The notes under the pieces are model-generated. The model did no database searches. It worked only from the letters and a program-made list of their open reading frames with translations, and was not told the DNA's origin. Of a stretch of 64,000 nucleotides of DNA, positions 1 to 11,731 are shown piece by piece. The first letter of the stretch is position 1. The number at the start of each line of letters is the position of its first letter. The stretch is from Perkinsus chesapeaki ATCC PRA-425 (lineage: Eukaryota > Protista > Perkinsozoa): the NCBI GenBank assembly GCA_013115145.1, contig JAAPAO010000076.1:1-64000 (forward strand), in the 5' to 3' direction. Both the position numbers and the translations under genes were made by a program.

Positions 1-578
1 AACGGCCCCTAGATTTGCCTTGGGTCACTTGCTGCTTTGACATGGATACCCAAACCGAAACCTCTTCCCGCTCGACTTTTGGAGTGTGTTCGGGTTTCGG
101 GTTTGAGTATTCCTCCCGCACTCCCGTGTTCGATGGGATTTTACGGAAGTTTTAGGAATTTTCACGAGAATTTCCCGCTGCCCAAGGCTCTACAGCCGGT
201 GTAGTGCACCGTGTTACTACGTGTCCTTATGTCGTTCGCTCCATAGGGATAAAGAGCTATATAGGTCTCAGTGTCTCTATCTTCTTGTCGTTTGTGCGGC
301 GTCCCCATCATACTCCACTGAGCTAGCAGCATGCGTGATTCTAATTGTATACAATTATATAGCGTATAGTTTTGTCCTGTATGATCGTTGCAGTTAACGT
401 CGTTAACTTAACAAAGACTAGCAATTTGTCCTATAACTGATTCGTGTTCTTCCGGGCAGCTGCTATTAGAAACAGTTCGACTTCTGCTCGTGAGAATTAT
501 GCGTACCCGCGCATACGTACACCTCGTTTATTTACCACTCGGTGGAGGCAACTTCAGTGGACTGTGAGATGAGAGTAG

Positions 579-600
579 ACCGTAGCCAACTTGTCTCAAG
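579..600 (+). other. Relict (genomic) spliced-leader sequence
   Basis: ACCGTAGCCAACTTGTCTCAAG matches the Perkinsus 22-nt SL ACCGTAGCCATCTTGGCTCAAG at 20/22 positions. It is not followed by GT, so it is not an SL RNA gene. It lies 195 nt upstream of an intronless ORF. Confidence 0.8.
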
Positions 601-795
601 CTTTGTGTTTGTTGCGTTATACTATGGCTGATGACTATACTATGGGAATAACGGACCTGTTATTAACACTGAAACGTAGGCCTGCAAGCACAAGTATCTG
701 GTTCGACTGCTTTGCGTACTTGCGTTTAAGTTAGTTGCAGTTTTACAGTTCGTTGACCGTACTTAGGAATCGCTTCCTCCAGTTACCCCTGTTCC

Positions 796-2088
796 ATGCG
801 CTTCCCCGTCCCCACTTACGCTTGTGCTTCATTTGCCGTCATTACCGTCAATGCGGCTGTCGCTCTAGCATTATGGGGCAAACTTCACCTCAATGCTTTG
901 GACGCCTCTGTCGGAGCAACTACAAACTTGCTCGCCGTTGTGATTGCCAGAAACGAGCACTTCGTTAATCTCCTGTTTACAGTATTTGTAAACAGAGCCA
1001 AGAAGCTTCCATTGGGAATAAGAAGACGGTTCGCTAACATTTACTGCTGCTACGGCGGGATACATAGCGGATGTGCAATTGCAGCTCTTGTATGGTATTT
1101 GGTATTTACTATTGAAATTACGCTACCGAATATGAAGAGCGGCATAATCATTGATCCTCTGGTTCTCATGTCATGGTTAAGCATGAGCCTTCTAATCCTA
1201 ATCGTGTTCTTCGCACTTCCGTGCGTAAGAAGCCTTCATCATAACTGGTTCGAATGTGTTCACCGCTACTCCGCCTGGACTCTGCTGATTATTCTGGTGG
1301 CGCAGTTGGTTCTCACTTCGATCAAGGAAAATCCGTCCCATGCCCTCGCAGACCCGCGTATTTGGGAAGCTGGTCTTCTCATCCTACTTGTGATCTATCC
1401 CTGGTTGCATCTGAGAAAGAGGAATGTCAAGTCCTTTCGACTCTCCTCTCATGCTCTTCTCTTGAATTTCGACTACAGCGACGTATCGTTTGGCCAGGCA
1501 GTTCGCATATCAGACTCTCCATTACGTGAGACCCACGCCTTCGCTGTTATTCCAAATATTCGCAGTACCGTACAGAATATGAGCGATGAGGAAGCTAAAC
1601 TGTGGCATGTTGACAAGAAGGGATTCTCGGTTATCATATCACGAGCAGGCGACTGGACGAGCCGTATGATCGACCATCCACCCACTCGTTTATGGACTCG
1701 CGGTGTACCCCAATACGGTGTTCTCCGTGTTGTGAGTCTCTTCCAGCCTTGCATTGTTATGGCAACAGGCTCTGGCATAGGACCTTGTCTTAGTATCTTT
1801 GTTCAACAACCTGGTCATTCGGTGAGAATTATTTGGTCCGCCCGCTCCCCCCGAAAGACATATGGTCAGACGGTCATCGATACCCTACTACGAGTAGACC
1901 CATTGGCCATTATTCATGATACAAAGGCATCCGGCCGCCCGGACTTGGTTGAAATAGCAACTGATCTTTGGGAATCAGATAATTTTGAAGCGGTAGTGTT
2001 CATCTCCAATAAGGAGGTAACCTGCAACGTTATTCGAGGTCTGAAGAAAAACGGTGTATGCGCTTATGGTGTAATATTCGATTCTTAA
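796..2088 (+). CDS. TmpA-like membrane flavin/heme oxidoreductase (ferric-reductase-like TM region plus FNR-like domain), intronless, 430 aa
   Basis: About 6 hydrophobic N-terminal segments. Motifs GGIHSG, HHNWFECVHRY, HAFA, SRAGDWT, MATGSGIGPCLS, EAVVFISN and C-terminal YGVIFDS resemble fungal/actinobacterial TmpA-family proteins (recognised from memory, not searched). Confidence 0.75.
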   Translation: MRFPVPTYACASFAVITVNAAVALALWGKLHLNALDASVGATTNLLAVVIARNEHFVNLLFTVFVNRAKKLPLGIRRRFANIYCCYGGIHSGCAIAALVWYLVFTIEITLPNMKSGIIIDPLVLMSWLSMSLLILIVFFALPCVRSLHHNWFECVHRYSAWTLLIILVAQLVLTSIKENPSHALADPRIWEAGLLILLVIYPWLHLRKRNVKSFRLSSHALLLNFDYSDVSFGQAVRISDSPLRETHAFAVIPNIRSTVQNMSDEEAKLWHVDKKGFSVIISRAGDWTSRMIDHPPTRLWTRGVPQYGVLRVVSLFQPCIVMATGSGIGPCLSIFVQQPGHSVRIIWSARSPRKTYGQTVIDTLLRVDPLAIIHDTKASGRPDLVEIATDLWESDNFEAVVFISNKEVTCNVIRGLKKNGVCAYGVIFDS

Positions 2089-2411
2089 CCAGGCAGCATT
2101 CTGCTCTTTATTGACGGTCTGCCAGGTAGTTCTTTTCTTACACCTCGATAGCAGCAGATGAAAACGAGCTTTCGTGGAACAATTTTTTTCAATTTCCAAC
2201 TCGACACTTAAATGTGATTTCACATGTTTATATCAGACTGGTGCCGCTGTCAAGACAGCGATACATCAACATCGATGGATTGTCGGTTATGCTGATATGT
2301 CCCTGCACGAGTAGCTCCACGTTGTCTCGTTGTCAGTAGCTGGAAACAGCCTCTTGTCCATCTGTACCTTCTTGTCTCTGCTTTCCATTTAATAAACATC
2401 CGATGTCATGT

Positions 2412-3685
2412 TTAATGACATTTCGTCATTAAACTGTTATCGCTGTTATCGTCAGCTCTCTCCATTGTTATCGTCAGTATCTCTTGGGAAGACAGTGTTG
2501 GGTTACTCGTAAATTTATCAACTATACCTTCCAGAAACCTTTTTCGCGCTCGAACCTTGAGCCTCAAGGCCACCAATTTAGCGAGTAAGGAAATCACTTT
2601 CACCAACAGGGACATCAATTTCGGGTTGTACTTTCAGTTGAAAGAATCAACTACACCGCCTTCACTTGTTTGCGCAACACCACAACAGTGCAAAGAACAA
2701 CGGGACAATTTGGTCATGTGTTGTGTTACCCTCGAGGACACGAAGTGGTTTTCGTTAAGTACGGCGACGGCTTGCCTGCAGCTGGAGTCGCGACTGAGAG
2801 TAAACAATCATTTCGATGGTCAAACTAAGGTTTGCGTCTAAGCCTTTTCAGGATCTTAGTAATATGAGCCAAGGAAAAATCAGTGAAAGGCCAGAACAAA
2901 TTAACATTTCCCCGGATAGATTTGGTAACTAGCTCTAGACGTTGTCGATAGAGCCACCTATACCATTTCACGCACATGTACATCATGTACGGTAAATGGG
3001 TCGAAGGCTGCTATGCGTAGTTGGTCCGACGTAACTTGATTAACCCCCTGTTGCATCCACAGGCATAACCTCCATCATCACATGAGGAAAGTGATGACAA
3101 TCGAATGATGCATTCGACAACAGACGATGTATCAGATACACATCAAGCATTCACCGCAGAATAGATTAGTAATACTGAATTGAGCCTTCGTTTACTCAGG
3201 TCACGAAACTAGTCCGGGCCTTTACTAATTCGTTCTGAGCTTTTACTAATAAGATCTTGACATGGTGTAGTTGTGTCAGTTTGGCCCGTCGATGGCGTCC
3301 GAATTAATTCATTGTGTTATCTCGTGCTCGAGATGGTACCAAATAATGCTGCACATATTCATGCAGGTCATATCGTTCTCTATGCAGGTTTGGTGATGAC
3401 ATGCCAACTACTGCTCATAGTGCGGGTGTGTGATATCGGCGACCCGTGGAGTATCTCCCTTCTACGTTCACGTACTATATTTATTAGTGTAAATGTACTT
3501 GCTCAAGTCAATAACCTTACTCGCGGTTCGCGTAGCTCCTCGTTGAAACTCAGAGTTCGTCGTGCTCCATCTGGGAACTCCACTGCCGTCAGATATCTCC
3601 AAGAATGACAGTCTTGCTCCACGAAATCTGAGAAAAGCGTTGTCGGCGGTTGTCTTAAATGATCGTGTTCACTTGTGTTGCTCAT
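2412..3685 (-). CDS. Possible spliced hypothetical gene
   Basis: Exon-like segment DFVEQDCHSWRYLTAVEFPDGARRTLSFNEELREPR bounded by ttctcag and gtaagg. No recognisable domain. Confidence 0.2.
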
Positions 3686-4408
3686 TTACGCTGTCTTCTG
3701 TACTCACGATTTCCCTCCAGCAAGCGTCATGTCTCTCGTCGCTCTTAGAACTGTGACGGAAGTTTGATGTGCCAATGCGCGCCATTAAATAGCAATTTCT
3801 CTAAGCACAGCCTCGCCTGTCGTCTCGAGTTGTCGCATTAAAGCATGCAACGATTGACGTCAGTGGCAGTTACGCGTGGCTGTTGAGACCGCCAAGTATC
3901 CACTTTGAACGCCCGAAGATGGCTCCAGTAACAACGCAAATACCAGGGGATGGAGTAATGTTGTTATAAAGCCAGTAGTGTTGTTAGGCTTCATAAACCG
4001 CAACTGCATTTCGAGCAACAGTGTATTGCTGGGAGAGCCTCCACAGCCTTATAATGATGCAAGAGGAAATAATGTACGATGATTAGCTATTGACAGTGAT
4101 AATGAAGTGATGTGATTAACACAGTAGTCACCGAAATTGTCAGAAGAAGTAGCCTGGCGGATAGACACTTGGCATCATCGGTACCGCACTCCGGCCCCGA
4201 ACAGGACCGAACAGTGAGCTGGCGGCAGGGTGAGGCAGCACTCTGAGAGCAGGAGGGCTAAACGCCGTCTGAAGAAGGAGATGGTATTAAACCAGCACAC
4301 CGTCCATACCAAGTCAGCAAGGGTGTTGGCGACCTGTACATGGGACATGCCTAACGGGGGCGCTTTATCAACACGAAAGTCGATCTTAGTCGGCTCCTGA
4401 AAGGGGGC

Positions 4409-6430
4409 TTAAGAAAACTGAACTGACAAAGTTCCCACTTGAGGTGATTTACTGGTAACATCTCGAGGAGACAACTGCGATGGCAATGCAGCCACCGTTG
4501 CGAGCATGACCTGATAACATGTAAGTGAGAGCGACTGCAGCTGAACTCGTGGAGCGGAGCCTACCTGACTGCGGCTAGCCGGCATCCGGGGCGGAGATGC
4601 GCCAAGGACATAGCCGCCACCTGCTCCGCTGTTGTAGCTCGGAAGCAACGGCCTAGTTCGAGTTGGTGGGGAAAATCGTGAGGGCGCCGCGGCCACAGCT
4701 GCCGTCTTCAGGAAGCCGAGCTGCTCCAGTGGTGAGGAGACTCGTCGAATAACTGAGAATTCCAGTATAGAAGGTAGGCGAGCGTAAACAGTGGCACGCA
4801 GTGGCGGCGGCGGTGGCCTACCACCTGAAGCATGCTGTGGTCTATGCCACACTTCACACTTTACGAACTCCTCTTCGCTATCCACATCTGAGATGTCTCG
4901 AGACGCTGTCGAGTGGTACTTCTGGATCCATCCATGCTCCATGGCCGTCGATGTATGTAGCCTCGCTTTTGGGTTCAGCTGCCATCACCATTTCACAGTA
5001 ACTTTCTGACACCTCTAGCCTATGTTATTTACTTGCATAAATCTGTTGACCATGTCCCTAACAGCTGAACTACCTACCCCTCGAGGATAAGCAACTCCAT
5101 GCGAGCTCAGGATGCGCTGAGACAAACACACAGTTTCGAGTAACAATCTCCTCGAGGTCCTTACATCTCTCAATGCAACAGTCGGGTGGACTACACTATG
5201 ATTTCCTGCGTAAGGGCTATGTCCGACCAACAGCGAGTACAGGAGACATCCGAGCGCCCATCGGTCACAGGGAAGCCCATGAGGCGCTCCTACTAGCATC
5301 TCCGGTGGCTGAGATACATCAGTGCTTCAAGAGCTATATTGGTCATGTCACCATGCTGTCAACGGTGCCGCACAAAGTTCGCCTTCGACCAACGCTCCCG
5401 CTTCTAGGAGGACTATCGTCATCGGCATTCTTTTCGTTTTCGGCACCAGCCTCGTCATCGCAACTCGTGGACCAACCAAAGTCGCAGAGACGGACGGAGA
5501 TATCTGAGACATCTCGTAGGGGTCTCGGCCAGGCAGGCATGTAGCGAACCAGTGTCCGTGGGACCATAGGAGCGCATCATCAGCACATTTGCTGTCTTGA
5601 GATCTCTATGGGCAATATTCCTCCGGTGAAGGTGGTCCACTGCCGAGAGTATCTAACCATCAGTGCCGTTGGGTTTACAGTTGAGCCTACCTGCCGAAAT
5701 ATAATGGCTGCTTGACGTTCAGCCACTCTGCCGTATGGCGGGAAGCATCGACTTTGCCAGTTGGAGAGAACTCCTCCCGTCGCCAGTTCCAACTGCATGT
5801 AAATATGCGTTGAATCTTCAAAGTACCTGACAAGGCTTCTTCCATCCGCGCGGCGGCGCCCAGCGGCTTCAACCTACCCGTGCAACGTGAGGATATTTTC
5901 GTGCCTGAGCTCCTGATGTGTAGCAATCTCGTTGTATATCCTATCAAGCATGCCCCGATCAATCAAGGGCTGCTTCTGCACAGCCTTCAAGGCATAATAC
6001 TCTCCTGTCTCCCTACAAGGATAACGTCAGATAGACTTCGCGGCATCCCTCCGCACGGACTTGTCTTTAAGTTGTCGAACAATAGCGTAGCTACCGGAGC
6101 CGAGAACACACTGAGTCGAGCTTGGATGGAGGGTGAATCTTCGAGCGATTGTACCTAGACAAGTGAATGGCAGCGGCGCCAATGGCAGATAACTTCTGAC
6201 CAGGTAGTTCTATCGGTACAGCCGAAATGCACTCGGGAAGACTGTGCATTATCGTCGGTGGTGGTGGTGGATGGGGCTGACTCGATAACATGACTCGCGG
6301 CCTCCAATGATCGTTGGACTGCTGTCGAAAGGTAGATTGGGCTGATACAGTCGAGACGCTCGCAAGAGACATCAAACAATACTTAATAACCAGTTGGTCT
6401 GGTATAAAGCGACAAGTGGTATCAGTCACT
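4409..6430 (-). CDS. Aurora-like Ser/Thr protein kinase (multi-exon; ends approximate)
   Basis: Spliced motifs VLGSGSYAIV, YYALKAVQK, NEIATHQELRHENIL, LELATGG, HRDLKTAN, LCDFGWS, RRTLCGTVDSMPPEM, DRWALGCLLY. DFGWS and RRTLCGT are typical of the Aurora family. Confidence 0.8.
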
Positions 6431-7013
6431 TGATGGGGTATTCATCAGGCAATCGCCATCGGCCTTTCCGTGGAGGCCGCGAGGAACTACAGCTTCAATC
6501 ACTTTTCACAAACACTCTTTCTCTTCGAGCTCTCAAGAATGTCTAGGCAATTTCCGGCAGTAGGCTTCACTAACTAAATAAATTAGGCCTTCTAGACCTG
6601 AACTAGAGCAACAGCCCTAGGCTCACAAACAATGTCCGAGTCGGAGGAGACATTCGACCATTGTCACTCCCTCACAGGACACCCATAGGAAATGCTCTCT
6701 TCGAAAGATGCAGATACTTCACCAGTACCAACGCCAGTGATAGGTCCGCCGCCATCGCCATACCAGCCGCGGGACGGTCGTAGGCGGCCACTGCCGTCCC
6801 CAAAAATGGCGGGGAATGAATGAATTCACAGTTCTTGTCAGAAGTGAGAGCCACTTTGCAGCAAAATTTTTCCTAAAGCCTCGCCTCATTAGCGAGTAAC
6901 GAGCCTCCTCACCATACCTGCAGGACACTAGGGACAATTAACAGCACAACACTCATGGGAATTAACAACTCATGATAAGACGACAATATTCCGAACTACA
7001 ACATAACAGAACT

Positions 7014-8789
7014 TCACCTCGTTCCAAGATTATACTTCTTTGGCTGCAAGAAGTAATCGATAACGTCATTAACAACCCCTTCAAGCCTGTCCTGGGCTTG
7101 TTGCATTCCCTTGGCATCGCTCGCTTCACAGTAGTATTTAACCTTGGGCTCGGTGCCAGAACCCCTGATGGTCACCGTAGCTTTATTTTCAAAGTAAAGT
7201 GTGATCATTTGATCGCTGGGGGTCTGCGGCAAAGTGCTCTTATGGTCGGGGGTCCTGGAGTCGTAGCCCAGAGTCACGTCGCGAATCCCGGCGATTTTGG
7301 AGCTGCCAAGCTCTTGCTTGTAATGCCCATTGTTCCTGAACTCATCAAAGATCTGCTTAGTCACATTGGGGTCGGTCGAGATGAAGTAACCGTTGTGCTG
7401 GGCGAAGTACCCCACAGTGGCACGGAGCTGGTTCAATCTGTCGAGCAACGTCATCCCTTTCTCTCTTCGCCAGTAGTTAGCCATTTCACACCACACAGCA
7501 CAGGCGCTGACTCCGTCCTTGTCAGGTACAGTCATCGTAAGGGCGCTGCCGAGGGCCTCCTCGTAGGCGGTGCAGTGGACAAGCTTAGGGTTCTCTGCGG
7601 TCATCTTAAGGCTTTGGTTAGCCATCCATTTGAAGCCGGTGAGGGTATCCTGGTAGACCCCTCCATAGTGGTCAGAAAGAGCCTTGATCATTTTGGAGGA
7701 GACAGTGGAGTTGATGACCAAACAGTCCTCCTTGGGCACCCCACGGCGATGCGCCATCAGCAACTGCCAATCGCCGAATATAGTGCCGAGCTCATCCCCG
7801 GTGAACTGATGCCATGTGCCATCCTTTTGCTTTTCGCACGACGTGTATCGATCAGCGTCAGGGTCGTTGGCGAGGACGTAGTCAGCATTTTCCTTCGCCG
7901 CCTGCGCCTTCGACATGTCCAGCGCGCCTTTTTCTTCAGGGTTGGGGAAGGCAACCGTTGAGAACTCGGGATCGGGATAGGCTTGGGCCTCGACAACCGA
8001 CACACATGTATCAGGGAAACCGAACTTCTTGAGCATCCCAATGGCGAATGGGAGGCCGACTCCCTGCATCGCAGTGTAGACAAACTTGAGCTCGCACTTC
8101 TGATTGAGGTCGGGGAACCGGCAAAGTTCATGATGGATCTGGTCAATGTAGGTGTGTAAGGCATCTTCATAGGGATCGATTGTCCTCGACTTGTCCTTAA
8201 GAAGGCAGTCGGGGCCCAGCATGCCAACAGCCTCCGGCCACGGCTCCAAGTTGGCCAGAATTCTGGACTGGATCTCAGAGTCAGCAGGTGGAATGATCTG
8301 AGCACCGTTGGCACCATATACTTTATAACCATTATATTCCTTGGGGTTGTGGGAGGCTGTCATCTGGCCACCACAAAGGGCATGTAAGCGAACAATGAGG
8401 AACGGATTGGAAGGAGTGATGCTGGTCTTGTCGATGAGGTACACCTTAGCGCCTTTTGATAGAAAAACCGCAGAAGCGACGTGAGCGAAAGCTCGGGACT
8501 TATGTCTACCATCGAAGCCGAAGACCACGCCTCTGTCAGCCAGCGCCTTCTGACCGTACTTATCGATACAGTAGACGCAAAGGCCTTGGGAGGCCTGTAG
8601 TACAGTTAGGCAATTCATACGGTCGTAACCGGTTCCCATAACACCACGGAGACCAGCAGTGCCAAACTCAAGGCGATGCGTGGGGTTCAATCTAGCTGCT
8701 ACTAACGAAGCATCAAGAGATTCGGCTTCCTTTCTAGTGTCCCCATCGAAGTCTTGTTTGAGCCAAGCTTCAACCGCTGGATTCGACAT
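7014..8789 (-). CDS. PGM2: Phosphoglucomutase/phosphomannomutase (PGM2-like), intronless, 591 aa
   Basis: Motifs FGTAGLRG, TASHNP (catalytic Ser), NDPDADR (metal binding), TLTGFKW, YEEALG, IRGSGTEPKVKYY. Confidence 0.95.
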   Translation of the reverse strand: MSNPAVEAWLKQDFDGDTRKEAESLDASLVAARLNPTHRLEFGTAGLRGVMGTGYDRMNCLTVLQASQGLCVYCIDKYGQKALADRGVVFGFDGRHKSRAFAHVASAVFLSKGAKVYLIDKTSITPSNPFLIVRLHALCGGQMTASHNPKEYNGYKVYGANGAQIIPPADSEIQSRILANLEPWPEAVGMLGPDCLLKDKSRTIDPYEDALHTYIDQIHHELCRFPDLNQKCELKFVYTAMQGVGLPFAIGMLKKFGFPDTCVSVVEAQAYPDPEFSTVAFPNPEEKGALDMSKAQAAKENADYVLANDPDADRYTSCEKQKDGTWHQFTGDELGTIFGDWQLLMAHRRGVPKEDCLVINSTVSSKMIKALSDHYGGVYQDTLTGFKWMANQSLKMTAENPKLVHCTAYEEALGSALTMTVPDKDGVSACAVWCEMANYWRREKGMTLLDRLNQLRATVGYFAQHNGYFISTDPNVTKQIFDEFRNNGHYKQELGSSKIAGIRDVTLGYDSRTPDHKSTLPQTPSDQMITLYFENKATVTIRGSGTEPKVKYYCEASDAKGMQQAQDRLEGVVNDVIDYFLQPKKYNLGTR

Positions 8790-8808
8790 TATGAACTCGG
8801 TGGTGTAG

Positions 8809-8835
8809 CTGAGGCGGAGGGAGAGAGTAGCTATA
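8809..8835 (-). promoter_or_regulatory. Putative SL trans-splicing acceptor of the PGM gene
   Basis: On the minus strand, CTACTCTCTCCCTCCGCCTCAG (pyrimidine tract plus CAG) ends 19 nt upstream of the ATG. Confidence 0.5.
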
Positions 8836-9235
8836 CGTGTGTGCGGCGCTGAGGGCGGGCGAAAGATAATCGTTGATATGTCCTCGCCTTTAGGAGGGTA
8901 CCTTGCCTCTATTCGATGCCAAGGCCAATATGTCGGTGTTATGTAGCAAATGCTCAGGTATATTCGGGTAAAGTAGTAGTTCCACGGTAGAAGAAAGTGC
9001 GACGATTATGTGTGAAAAATTCCGTATTTGTGGATTCCTTACATAATCGGCGCAGAAACGTATTGAATGGAAATGATAGTTTAAATGATGCATGGAGAAT
9101 CCTCTCGCCTACCTCGACGTTCACAAGCCACCTCCACACCATCAGCAACCTCCAGTAGGGCAAGTCGGCAGCGAGGCAACTTGGAGGAGTCTCAAAAAAG
9201 AATTGTTGATAAGGTAGCGGAGAGAGCGGTATGAC

Positions 9236-10117
9236 GTGCCAATAGGAACCAAACAGGTTATTCGGCGGCATTGTGCCAAGCACCGACATCATCAACAACA
9301 GCACACTGTCTTGGAGCTGGATACACTAGGCCCTTTGCTGCCTAGTACTTCGACCATGCTCTCTCCCGATGACAAAGTGGTGACCATCATGGCCTTTCCG
9401 CCATTACCGACCATTACCGTTTACACATCAGTTCCATCTTCCTCCTATATCCCCCAGCACACCTTTCATGGCAGCTTCCCCGGTCTACAGCAACGATATA
9501 AGTAAGTCCTGTACAGGCTCTGGTTTACTAGAAGGTTAGGTGGTGACCATCGTTCACAGAGCAAACAGTGTCGCGGCATTTTACCGGTGATTACCCCCAA
9601 GACGCCTGTGAGCTCCCAGCGGCATTCCCCTCTTCTTCATCCACTTTTATCAGAGCCGCTACCGACTACAGTGCACTCCCTCCAATAGAGGCAGCATCGA
9701 GTCGGTGATCAGGCCACACCAGACCGCCGCTGAACCAAAACACTCGCCAATGCCGCCTTACGTGAGCGTGAAAGTCGACGAGTGCCGCCTGATATCATCG
9801 GACAGGTTTATAGCGGTACTAGTAGGCTGCTTCGAGACGATGCTCGGCGTCAACTTAGGCAACGACGATACAGCAGTGAGGAGTACAGGATACCGGAGCA
9901 GAAGGGTAAGAATAGGATGCTGGAATTGAGGACAGGCTGGTGGACAGGCTCACCGGTTCGATATGCTCCTCGATTGCCGAAGGAATTGCCCCCATTGGAC
10001 CTGACTAGTCTGCCAGCAGCGAGCCCCACTTATGGGCCTTTGGTACTGGACACCCCTGCAGTGGGATTAACACCTAAATCACCGCATGGAGCGGTATGGA
10101 CGCCGATTGAGAGGTAA
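9236..10117 (+). CDS. Hypothetical spliced Pro/Ser/Thr-rich protein
   Basis: ORF segments 9236-9505 and 9782-10117 with intervening GT-AG signals. No recognisable domain. Confidence 0.2.
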
Positions 10118-10556
10118 TGTAGGGGGGGACACTGGAAAGGGAATGGTGGTGAAGTTGGGGTTAATGGCCTAGCGGAGAAGCGTCCTAAATTTGGTAATAA
10201 ATCCCTAACGTCAGTAGTAGGTTGTGAAGGTGAGATATTATTATGGCATCAATAATGTTGCTACCACCTAGCAGCAAAGCGACATATACCAGTTCAGCTC
10301 ACTGTGCTTATTGATCCACGTCACAAGTCTATATAGCAATAAATGGCAGTAATTATTACTAGTATTGTTGAATGGTAAATTGTTATAGTTATTATAGTAG
10401 AAGTGCGGCGTTGGTAGTTCTGTCCGCCGCCTGGTGAAAGGGTTCACAATATATTACTCGATATTACTTTTATAATCTTTTAATACTTTATATCCTACTC
10501 CATCTGCCCCTTAGATATCCTATTTTAGGAGGCCTCCAAGTACCGGTATCAACTGT

Positions 10557-11731
10557 ATGACTAAGGCCCTACCGCCGCCCACAAGTGTCGATACCATTAT
10601 TGAAGCTGTTGTTGAGGATGAGTTGAGGATGTCGTACAATTCTGGTGAAGAGGTAGACAGTCGGGTATGTGTTGGTAGTAAGGCATAGCGAAGAGGTAGA
10701 CAGTCGGGTATGTGTTGGTAGTAAGGCATAGCGGAGAGGTAGAATGGATCACAACCTTGACGGATGATCCACAGGCTGCGGGCCCTATCGTGTGTTCCAT
10801 ATCGTAGGGTGTTTTTAAATTGTGTGTTTTGTCCCTGATGGTATATACCGGCCTGATCGTATAGGTTCATGAGGAAGTGTGTGAGGTTAATACAGCTCGA
10901 TTTAGTAGTCCGATAGTTCTGGTCTGCCTGCCTGCTTTCCGGCCTGCCAGGCAATGCCACGGGGAGCCAGTGAACAGTGGAGGCTAATACCATCTCTGGC
11001 TTAAGCACCATAGGGCCATAGAAGAGTGTGGATACGATCCTATACAATATCACGGGGGCCTTTGAATTGCTCATATAGTCTCAAACTCCTTCTTATCCAG
11101 AATGCTGTCGGGCAGCGTATTTTTCTCGAACAAGGGGCTTCCCTCCGAACAATCTATAGTCGATGTTGATGAACCTCAATGTTGGGATATGAGATAGATA
11201 AAGGCATACAGATATAGACGAGACGCGTCTTCACTATTCGGGTAGGGTTTGTAACATTCTCGTGAGGAGATGGAGTGGTGATAAGGCATAAGCCTTCAAA
11301 TGTTTGGTCAGGGAGGCAGGTCTTGGGGGACCATCAGACGTTCCGTGAAGCAATGCACTGATGATCCCTCATCAGGCTCCTCCGAGGAATGCTAATTTAT
11401 CACCTCCACGCATGTCCCTGAGTCCATCACCTCCACTGGCCCCGAGGACATCACCGACGACCGAGTTCCCTACTGAAGTGAGCTGCTGACAATGTAGACG
11501 GATAGCTCTATGAACACTCCTTCGCAGGTTCAAGTATCGGGGGTAGTTGAGCTAGGGGAAGATGATGAGGTGGTGCAGAGCCCAGCTAAGCAAAGAACAG
11601 ACGAGAATGCGGTATCGGACTCCGCGGTAGGTGGGGGAGCGACCATAGAGGGAGGGGAGGGGACTACCATCTTAAAACGGGCAGGTGTTTTATCTATCCC
11701 TTTTCGAAGCTGCGGTGTTTTTGGTTGTTGA
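10557..11731 (+). CDS. Hypothetical multi-exon gene (first exon MTKALPPPTSVDTIIEAVVEDELRMSYNSGEE)
   Basis: 32-codon phase-0 exon ending at a GT donor (10653). Acidic downstream ORF at 11510-11731. Linkage of the exons is uncertain. Confidence 0.3.
10647..10774 (+). repeat. 43-bp tandem duplication made of 36-nt GT..AG units and 7-nt spacers
   Basis: gtagacagtcgggtatgtgttggtagtaaggcatag at 10653-10688 and 10696-10731, spacers cgaagag and cggagag, and a third diverged 36-nt GT..AG unit at 10739-10774. Confidence 0.9.

Noticed and set aside
6972-7961. 329-aa plus-strand ORF
   Set aside because: Antisense shadow of the PGM gene; no independent motifs.
10520-11074. 184-aa minus-strand ORF
   Set aside because: No motifs; the 43-bp duplication and splice signals favour a plus-strand gene. 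Not fully excluded.
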